From assembly GCA_003213135.1 (NCBI GenBank), contig QCNT01000004.1:12956-76955 (forward strand): DNA of 64,000 nt, given 5' to 3'. Origin of the DNA: Pelagibacteraceae bacterium AG-426-I15 (lineage in GTDB: Bacteria > Pseudomonadota > Alphaproteobacteria > Pelagibacterales > Pelagibacteraceae). The notes beneath the pieces were generated by a model, which saw only the letters and a program-made list of their open reading frames with translations, had not been told where the DNA came from and ran no database searches. Shown piece by piece: positions 17,840 through 25,635 of the stretch. Each line of letters begins with the position of its first letter. The first letter of the stretch is position 1. Both the position numbers and the translations under genes were made by a program.

Positions 17840-19024
17840 ATGAGATTAAATAACAATAAGTTCTTAATACTTTTATTTTTATTAACAGTCTTAAGCAGAC
17901 TATTTTCAATCTATTTTTATGGCGATACAGATCTTGTAAACGAATGGCGAGTAATTTTACTAAATTTTGAAAATGATGGTATATTTGGATCAAGAACCGT
18001 TGACGGCGAAGTTGTACCGAATATATTTATGCCTCCTCTTTATGGCATATTCTTAGTTTCATTAAATTATTTTATTGGAAACATCGAGATTTTAACCCTT
18101 ACGGTTTTGTATATTCAATTAATTTTGTCAACGTTGTCTGTTTTTATTATTTTTAATATACTAAAAAAGTTTTTTTCAAAAAAAACTTGTATAATTTCTA
18201 CATTAATTTTTTCTCTATTTCCATTACACGTATATTCAGTTGGTCAAATATCTTCTATAACACTGCAAATATTTTTTTTAACAATTTTTTTCTATTTTAT
18301 TGTAAAATTAACTGAGTTTAATAATTTAAAGTATTTTATACTGCTCTCGGTCATATCTTCTACTTTAATTTTACTAAGAGCTGAATTTGTTTTATTTTTT
18401 ATTTTATCACTTATTTATATTTATTTTAATAAAAAAAATTTTAAAAAAATTTTAATCTCTTTTCTCCTAACGCTTATATTAATATCACCATATTTGGTGA
18501 GAAATTATATAATATTTGACAAGATAGTTATTACACAGTCTTTTGGGTATAATTTGTGGAAGGGTAATAATGAAAATTTAAATGTTGATGGTTATTACCC
18601 AGATTTAAATGTTAATCTAAATAAAAAAATTAATGATCTTGGATATAATGTTAAATATGATTTATTAATAGATAAGATATACCAACAAGAAGCGATAGAA
18701 TTTATTAAGAAACACCCTTCTGATATTACGATTCTATATTTTAAAAAGATATTTTCTTTTTTGTTTTTGGACTTGAATTCAAATTATCCTAATTATTACA
18801 ATTTTGCACATATAATACCGAAAATTTTGATTTCTTTTACTACACTATTTGGAATGTACTACGGACTAAGAAACAAAATATTTGGTTACTTCTCATCATA
18901 TTTTTTAATTAATATATTGGTAATATCTATTTTTTTTATTTTACCCAGATATAGTCTGGCACTATTTCCATGCCAAATTATATTAACATCAATATACTTT
19001 GATAAGTTTTTCAAAAATACCTAA
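17840..19024 (+). CDS. GT-C fold glycosyltransferase, ArnT/PMT (family 39/83-like) polytopic membrane protein
   Basis: About 11 TM segments, a PPLY loop, and an SFGYNLWKGNN motif after the TM bundle as in ArnT/PMT_2-type enzymes. Confidence 0.6.
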   Translation: MRLNNNKFLILLFLLTVLSRLFSIYFYGDTDLVNEWRVILLNFENDGIFGSRTVDGEVVPNIFMPPLYGIFLVSLNYFIGNIEILTLTVLYIQLILSTLSVFIIFNILKKFFSKKTCIISTLIFSLFPLHVYSVGQISSITLQIFFLTIFFYFIVKLTEFNNLKYFILLSVISSTLILLRAEFVLFFILSLIYIYFNKKNFKKILISFLLTLILISPYLVRNYIIFDKIVITQSFGYNLWKGNNENLNVDGYYPDLNVNLNKKINDLGYNVKYDLLIDKIYQQEAIEFIKKHPSDITILYFKKIFSFLFLDLNSNYPNYYNFAHIIPKILISFTTLFGMYYGLRNKIFGYFSSYFLINILVISIFFILPRYSLALFPCQIILTSIYFDKFFKNT

Positions 19025-19027
19025 AAA

Positions 19028-20373
19028 CTATTTTTTATTTACTAAGGCGACAACGAACGACATAGATAAAAAAATTATTAAAGAATTACCAGTAGTAAAA
19101 AAACTACCTGATGATTTGATTGGGAATGCTTCTATAAAAAAAATATAAAAAAAGGGACTACTTAGGGTTTTGTAAACATTATTATTAAATTTAAAATAAA
19201 AGTCATAAATTATTTTGAGAAAAATAAAAAATACTATCACAAAACCCACAATCCCTATTTCTGAAAATATTTCTAAGTAATAATTATGAGGATGCGTATT
19301 ACAAGTAGTTCTCTCTAGTTTTGGATCAACAGGCCTTTTGGGGCATAGAAGTCTAAAAGATTTTATACCTCCTCCTATCAAAGGATTCATTTTCCATGTC
19401 TCGTAAAAAGTGTCAAATTCCATGACATGGTGAGGAATCTTTTTCCCCTCAGGATCAGCAACTAAAGTTCCAAGAAAGTTGGGTTCTCTTTTTTCTCCTA
19501 TAATTCTTTTTTTATAAACATCTAAAATATTCAAAGAGTAATGAAAGAAAGCATTATAATGATTAAAAAAGTTTTTGTTTGTTCCAATGAGAGAACCAAA
19601 AACTAAGGTAAAAAATAAAATTATAAAAATTAAATTTCTCCTTAAAGTTTTCGTTGTGACCAAAATTAAAATATTTGCTAATATAAATAAAGCAAAAGGC
19701 ATTCTGTTTCCGGAAAAATATAAGCTAGCTAAAACTAAGGAAAACACAGAACATAATAATATTATTAAAAAAATTTTTTTTTTAAATTTGAAAAAAATAG
19801 GAAAAAGATACAATATAAAAAAAGAAAATCTTTGTATAAAGCTCCCAGCTATTGCTTCATCGTAAAAAATACCAGTTGTTTTTACCGGAAACGGACTAAC
19901 TAAACCTAATAAATTTTTTCCGTTATAAAACTGGTAAAAAATATCGATACATACTGAAAATAGTAATGCAGAGTATGTAAAAAAAAATTATTTTAAAATT
20001 TATAATATTATTATCAACAAATAATCTTATAGCAAAGTATAGTATCAAATATCTTAAATATAAAAATGATTTTAGTAAAACAGTATAATCATCTTTATTA
20101 AACTCATTAATATAGTTTTCAATTGTATTCCAAATTGAATTGAAAATAATAAAAAAAAAATAAAAATACTATAGCTTTATCAATGAAATTTAATTTAATT
20201 CTAAAACCTTTAAAATATAAAAAAATACCTGAAACTAAAATTAAAGTAATATTTAAATTTAGAAAAGAATTACCAACCATATAACATATCGGTACTAAAG
20301 AAATAATAATTGAATTTAGAATAATAAAAATATTATTTTTTTCTTTTGAGATTTTACTTATTGATAAGCTCAT
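19028..20373 (-). pseudogene. O-antigen ligase / O-antigen polymerase family (Wzy_C) membrane protein, frame broken twice at homopolymers
   Basis: Three consecutive frames read as one membrane protein. N part is 20119-20373. The middle part is an unlisted frame (..IIFNSIWNTIENYINEF..LRYLILYFAIRLF..). C part is 19028-19813, with NPLIGGGIKSF and THPHNYYLEIFSEIGIVG Wzy_C motifs. Confidence 0.75.
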
Positions 20374-21397
20374 CTAAAATGCCGGTAGTCGAAAATTTTT
20401 GTTTCCATTTTGGGTAATGTTTTTTAAATTTTTTCATGTCAGATATATACCAAATGTGGTCTCCGACTCTATTATTTTTAATATAAATTTTTTTTACTTT
20501 TAAATTCATTTTTTCTTCAACATAATTAATTGCTTCTATAATACTGCAATTAGACTTTCTGCCACCTCCGATATTGTAAAATTCCCCTCTTTTTGGTTTT
20601 TTATAATATTCCCAAAAACAACCTACCAAGTCTTCACTATGAATGTTATCTCTTACTTGTTTACCTTTGTACCCAATAAGATTGTATCTTTTATTTTTTA
20701 TTATTGTTTTGACCAAAAAAGATAAAAAACCATGAAGTTTTGTCCCGGAGTGCAAAGGTCCCGTGATGCATCCAGCTCTAAAACAAACTGTCCTAAGACC
20801 TATGTTCTTTCCGTACTCTTGAACCAAAAGGTCGGCATATGTTTTTGAAACCCCAAAAAAACTGTGAACAGCATTATCAATATTCATATTTTCAGTTATT
20901 CCATTATAAAATTTATGATTTGATTTAATTTCCCACCTAGTTTTTTTCTCAACCAAAGGTAACTTATTTGGGTTATCACCATAAACTTTATTAGTGGACA
21001 TAAAAATAAAAGGCGAATCAGGGCAGTATGTTTTTGTTAATTCTAATAAATTTAGCGTTCCCTTAGCGTTTATATCAAAGTCAACCTGCGGTTTTTTTAA
21101 AGCCCAATCATGAGATGGTTGAGCAGCGTTATGAATTATAACTTTTATTTTTTTTTTATATTTTTTGAAAATTTTTTCTAATTTACCATAATTTCTAATG
21201 TCAATACTATAATGGTCATATTTTTTGTAATTTTGAATTAAATTACTTTTTACCCAATTATTGTCACCATCTTTGCCAAAAAAATATTTTCTTTGATTAT
21301 TATCAATTCCAATTATATCAAAACCTTTCTCGTGAAATAATCTAACTGACTCAGCTCCCACCAAACCACATGATCCTGTTATCAAAGCCAAACTCAC
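20354..21397 (-). CDS. NAD-dependent epimerase/dehydratase (extended SDR)
   Basis: N-terminal ITGSCGLVG Rossmann motif and a YADLLVQEYG region (YxxxK-type). Confidence 0.8.
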   Translation of the reverse strand: MSLALITGSCGLVGAESVRLFHEKGFDIIGIDNNQRKYFFGKDGDNNWVKSNLIQNYKKYDHYSIDIRNYGKLEKIFKKYKKKIKVIIHNAAQPSHDWALKKPQVDFDINAKGTLNLLELTKTYCPDSPFIFMSTNKVYGDNPNKLPLVEKKTRWEIKSNHKFYNGITENMNIDNAVHSFFGVSKTYADLLVQEYGKNIGLRTVCFRAGCITGPLHSGTKLHGFLSFLVKTIIKNKRYNLIGYKGKQVRDNIHSEDLVGCFWEYYKKPKRGEFYNIGGGRKSNCSIIEAINYVEEKMNLKVKKIYIKNNRVGDHIWYISDMKKFKKHYPKWKQKFSTTGILDELINK

Positions 21398-22422
21398 AAG
21401 AAGAACCTTTTAAGTTTTTTATTCATTTTTATCCAATTAAAAATATCGTTTATAATATCTTTTTTAGAATACCTGGGTGCCCATTTGTAATATTTTTTAA
21501 TCTGAGAATTATTGGTCACATAATAAGGTATATCATACAAAGATGTATTTTTTTTTCTTGAGAAAGAAATTTTTGTTTTTGTTAATTCCTGGCAAAATAA
21601 GGTAAGCTCATTCAATGAAATTGCATTTCTAAGTCCGCCACCTATATTAAAAGTTTTATTGTTCACTTTATTAAATAGCTTAATCTGTTTTAAAATAATA
21701 TTACATACATCTTTTATATGGATAATATCTCTAACTTGATTACCTTTACCACCAAAGCCGATATAAGATAATTTTCTTTTAAAAATATGTCTTCCAACCC
21801 ACATTGAAACGAAGCCTTGATCTTGCTTTCCAAATTGCCAAGGTCCGGTTATTACACCCAATCTATTAATTATGTATTTTATATTAGAAACATAGTTAAA
21901 TTCTTTTATAAGTTCTTCAGAACTTAATTTGCTCAAACCATAAAGTGACTTTACCCCTTGTGTTGAAAAATTTTCATCAATTTTTTTGTTAATTTTTAAT
22001 TTTTTATTTAAATTTAAATTTTTAACAATTTTTCTTAATGCAGATATTGAATAGACTCTACTAGATGATAAGAAGATTATTTTTGCATTATCATTAATGC
22101 ATTTTTTTAGAATGTTATAGGTTCCCAAAAAGTTAGTATTTATAACTCTATCTGGGTCTTTTTTTGAAACTTCAATAGAGGGTTCGGCACAACAATCTAA
22201 AACTAAATCTATTTTAGGCAGTCTTTTAATTTTATTATAATTTTCAATATCATATTTAAAGTTTTTAATTTTGTGAAAATTAATCCTCTTAAGATTTACT
22301 TCTGAACCCTTTCTAAATAGATTATCTAAACTGATAATTTTAGAACTTTTTAATTTTTTTTTTAAAAAAATAGCCAAATTTGAGCCAACAAAGCCACATC
22401 CCCCTGTTATAAGTATTCTCAT
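21394..22422 (-). CDS. NAD-dependent epimerase/dehydratase (extended SDR, CDP-paratose-2-epimerase-like)
   Basis: MRILITGGCGFVGSNLA Rossmann motif and YGLSKLSSEELI catalytic YxxxK. Confidence 0.8.
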   Translation of the reverse strand: MRILITGGCGFVGSNLAIFLKKKLKSSKIISLDNLFRKGSEVNLKRINFHKIKNFKYDIENYNKIKRLPKIDLVLDCCAEPSIEVSKKDPDRVINTNFLGTYNILKKCINDNAKIIFLSSSRVYSISALRKIVKNLNLNKKLKINKKIDENFSTQGVKSLYGLSKLSSEELIKEFNYVSNIKYIINRLGVITGPWQFGKQDQGFVSMWVGRHIFKRKLSYIGFGGKGNQVRDIIHIKDVCNIILKQIKLFNKVNNKTFNIGGGLRNAISLNELTLFCQELTKTKISFSRKKNTSLYDIPYYVTNNSQIKKYYKWAPRYSKKDIINDIFNWIKMNKKLKRFFL

Positions 22423-22463
22423 TATTAAATATTTACCCTATTAATTAGGAAAAATAAAATTAT

Positions 22464-23180
22464 ATGCTAACTATTTTAATTCCATTAAGAGATGAAGTTG
22501 AAAATTTACCTCATATTGTGAGAAGTTTTGAGGAAAACATCAAAGATATAAATTATGAGGTAATTTTAATTAATGATTTTAGTAAAGATAAAACTTTTGA
22601 GGAATCAGAGAAAATTTGTGCAACGAATAAAAATTACAAGATACTTGATAATAAAAAAAAGGGTTTAGGCGGAGCTTTAAATTTAGGTATCAGTGTAGCA
22701 AGAGGAGATTTTATTTGTATAGTTATGGCAGATTTATCTGACGATGTGAATGATATCAAGAGGTATTACCACACAATCAAGGAAAAAAAAATGGACGCAG
22801 TATTTGGTTCAAGATTTTTAAAGTCATCTAAAGTAGAAGGTTACGCAATAAATAAATTAATCTTAAATAGAATTTTTAATTTTTTTGTAAAAATTTTATT
22901 TTTAAGTCCATATAATGATTTTACAAATGCTTTTAAAATTTATAAGTCTGAAGTTTTAAAAAGTTTTTTACCGCTAATTTCCGAGAGTTTTAATATTTTT
23001 TTGGAAATGCCTCTTAAAATTATATCAAGGAAATATAGTTATGAAATTATCCCAATTAATTGGTACAATAGAAAAAAAGGTAAGAATAAATTCAATATTA
23101 AAGAACTACGATCAAAATATCTTTTCACATTAATCCATTGCTTTACAGAAAAAATACTATTAAGAAAAAGGATAAAATGA
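22464..23180 (+). CDS. Family 2 glycosyltransferase, polyprenyl-phosphate sugar synthase-like (ArnC/Dpm1-like)
   Basis: ILIPLRDE..EVILINDFSKDKT..GLGGALNLG..ADLSDD motifs at ~240 aa. Confidence 0.75.
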   Translation: MLTILIPLRDEVENLPHIVRSFEENIKDINYEVILINDFSKDKTFEESEKICATNKNYKILDNKKKGLGGALNLGISVARGDFICIVMADLSDDVNDIKRYYHTIKEKKMDAVFGSRFLKSSKVEGYAINKLILNRIFNFFVKILFLSPYNDFTNAFKIYKSEVLKSFLPLISESFNIFLEMPLKIISRKYSYEIIPINWYNRKKGKNKFNIKELRSKYLFTLIHCFTEKILLRKRIK

Positions 23181-23260
23181 ATCTATCTTTAAAAAATGCA
23201 GTATTAATTTTTTTTGTAATAGTACTATTGATACTGTTTATTCTATCAATCGTATTATAA
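23177..23260 (+). CDS. Hypothetical 27-aa single-TM micro-ORF (MNLSLKNAVLIFFVIVLLILFILSIVL)
   Basis: Its ATG overlaps the GT2 stop (ATGA at 23177-23180). The sequence is uniformly hydrophobic. No other support. Confidence 0.25.
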   Translation: MNLSLKNAVLIFFVIVLLILFILSIVL

Positions 23261-24023
23261 GTAAACTAGGGAAAGTAAAAATAAACCTAGTATAATTCTG
23301 TATCCCAAAATTAAATTTAAGTTAAATTTTTTTAAATAAACTAAAAAATATTTAATAGATAAATACGAGAATATAAATGTTAAAAAAATAGTTAATATTG
23401 ATTGCAAATTAAGGAAAGTGTCATTTTTTTCAGCTAAAGCATATAAACCATAAATGCCTGTACCTGATAAAGCTGGTATCGAAAGTAGAAAAGAAATTTT
23501 TGCAGCATCTTCTCTTTTAAAATTTAATATTCGAGCACCCGTCATTACGATACCAGATCTACTTACACCAGGTATAATTGCTAAAACTTGAAAACAACCA
23601 ATAATAACAGCATTTTTTTTTTGTAAAATGTTTTTTTATATTTTTATTAGAATTAAATTTATCTGCAAAAAACAGCAAGATACCAAAAACTATTGTTGTC
23701 CAGCCAACAATTTCATAAGTTCTTAAATTAGGTATCAAATTGTAGCTTACAGTAATATATCCAAATATAAACAAAGGCAGAGAAGCCGCAATCACCTTAA
23801 AAAACAATTTTTTGTTTCTCCCAAAATTTATAATTTCATCCTTAAAGAAAAAAGTTACCGCAAACAACGAACCTATGTGGGCGCTGATATTTAGTAATAA
23901 CTCTGTTTCTTTAAAACCAAATAAATTTGCAAGTAAATTTAGGTGCGCCGATGAACTCACTGGGAGAAATTCAGTTATACCCTGAACTATTGAAATAATA
24001 ATAATTTGAAAAATATTTTCCAT
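23255..24023 (-). pseudogene. uppP: Undecaprenyl-diphosphatase UppP/BacA, frame broken once in a coding-strand A10 run
   Basis: The N part (23559-24023) has QGITEFLPVSSSAHL. The correct continuation AVIIGCFQVLAIIPGVSRSGIVMTGARIL is in the next frame and runs into ORF 23255-23545. The break is at T10 on the + strand, 23613-23622. Confidence 0.85.
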
Positions 24024-24186
24024 TATAGGGCTATTGAGTTATATTTAATTCAACTACTGAGATCATCCTAAAAATAGCATACCTGATATGCGTCAGTAAA
24101 AACCATTTAAAAATAAGGATATTTGTAATTAAGGTCAGCATTGTTGTCATAAATATTCTTCTCATTTAATAATTTTTAATTTATCT

Positions 24187-25635
24187 TTGAAAATTATGTC
24201 AGAAAAAATGCTAAAATTTGTTGAATTAGGTCAACAGTCCCCACCTAAAAGATCTGTCAAAAACAGAAACCAGGATTTCAAGGAAATATACGAGGACTTC
24301 ATCAACAGAAGTGCAAAAGAGCAATCGAGCAGATGTTCACAATGCGGAGTACCTTTTTGCCAAGTCCATTGTCCACTACAAAATAATATTCCTGATTGGC
24401 TAAAACTTACAGCTGAGGGAAGACTTCAAGATGCATACGAGCTATCACAAAGCACAAATAATATGCCAGAAGTTTGTGGCAGGATATGTCCTCAAGACAG
24501 ATTATGTGAAGGTAATTGCGTGATCGAACAGTCTGGACATGGAACAGTTACAATTGGTTCAGTTGAAAAATATATTACTGATACAGCATGGGAAAAAGGT
24601 TGGGTAAAGCCAATAAAAGTAAAAAAACAAAAAAAACAATCCGTAGGTATTATTGGAGCAGGACCAGCCGGATTGGCATGTGCTGAGGAGTTGAGAAAAT
24701 CAGGATACCAAGTTACCATTTACGATAGATACGATAGACCAGGAGGACTTTTAATTTATGGAATACCAAATTTCAAATTAGAAAAATTTGTAGTAGAGAG
24801 AAGGACTAAACTTTTAAAGGATAGTGGAATTAAATTTGTACAAAATTTTGAAGTTGGTAATGATAAAACTTTATATGATTTACAGAAAAAACATGATGCA
24901 ATCTTAATTGCAACAGGTGTTTATAAAGCAAGAGAAATAGACATTCCTGGTCAAAAACTTGAAAATATTTTTCCAGCAATGGAATTTCTTACAGCATCCA
25001 ACAGAAAAGGTTTAGGTGATAAAGTGGAATTATTTGATGACGGTACCTTGAATGCAGAAGGAAAAAATGTTGTTGTAATCGGCGGCGGAGATACAGCTAT
25101 GGATTGTGTAAGAACTTCAGTTAGACAAAAAGCAAAATCAGTTAAATGTTTGTATAGAAGGGACAGAGAAAATATGCCAGGCTCATCAAGAGAAGTTGAA
25201 AACGCAATTGAAGAAGGAGTCAAGTTCATTTGGTTAACAAGCCCAAAACAATTTATTGGTGACAAAAAAGTAAATGCAGTCGAGGTAAGTAAAATGAAAT
25301 TAGGAAACCCTGATACTACTGGAAGGAGAACACCAGAAATTATAAAAGGATCGGAATATGAAATCCATGCAGATTTAGTAATAAAGTCATTAGGTTTCGA
25401 TCCAGAAAATATACCAAAATTATTTAATGCTGAAGAATTAGCAGTTTCTAAATGGGGAACAATAAAAATTGATTTAAAATCTATGGAAACAAATTTAAAG
25501 GGTGTATTTGCTGCTGGGGACATAGTCAGAGGAGCCTCGTTAGTGGTGTGGGCTATAAAAGACGGAAGAGATGCAGCAGTACAGATTGAAAAATATTTAA
25601 ATTCTTTAGAAACTAAAAAAATTAAAGCAGCATGA
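24187..25635 (+). CDS. gltD: Glutamate synthase (NADPH) small subunit
   Basis: RCSQCGVPFCQ..CP Fe-S motifs and the GAGPAGLACA FAD/NAD fold. The likely true start is ATG 24196. Confidence 0.93.
   Translation: MKIMSEKMLKFVELGQQSPPKRSVKNRNQDFKEIYEDFINRSAKEQSSRCSQCGVPFCQVHCPLQNNIPDWLKLTAEGRLQDAYELSQSTNNMPEVCGRICPQDRLCEGNCVIEQSGHGTVTIGSVEKYITDTAWEKGWVKPIKVKKQKKQSVGIIGAGPAGLACAEELRKSGYQVTIYDRYDRPGGLLIYGIPNFKLEKFVVERRTKLLKDSGIKFVQNFEVGNDKTLYDLQKKHDAILIATGVYKAREIDIPGQKLENIFPAMEFLTASNRKGLGDKVELFDDGTLNAEGKNVVVIGGGDTAMDCVRTSVRQKAKSVKCLYRRDRENMPGSSREVENAIEEGVKFIWLTSPKQFIGDKKVNAVEVSKMKLGNPDTTGRRTPEIIKGSEYEIHADLVIKSLGFDPENIPKLFNAEELAVSKWGTIKIDLKSMETNLKGVFAAGDIVRGASLVVWAIKDGRDAAVQIEKYLNSLETKKIKAA

Noticed and set aside
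17730-17993. 87-aa - strand ORF.
   Set aside because: It runs straight through tRNA-Arg and the 5' end of the GT-C gene, so it is spurious.
24024-24186. 163-bp spacer upstream of gltD, examined for a riboswitch, a nitrogen-regulatory element or a sigma54 promoter. It includes the palindrome GCATA-N5-TATGC at 24077-24091 and a possible ATCCT/AGGAT outer stem.
   Set aside because: The arms are only 5 bp, which is expected by chance. There is no GG-N10-GC sigma54 element and no glutamine-riboswitch-like core that I can recognise. This is left as unexplained spacer containing divergent promoters.
24951-25523. 190-aa ORF antisense to gltD. Similar antisense ORFs lie at 25685-26055, 26648-26842, 27185-27490 and 27986-28498 inside gltB.
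   Set aside because: They lie entirely opposite strongly supported, motif-rich genes. Their translations are low-complexity (S/P/F/I-rich) shadow frames with no recognisable motifs.
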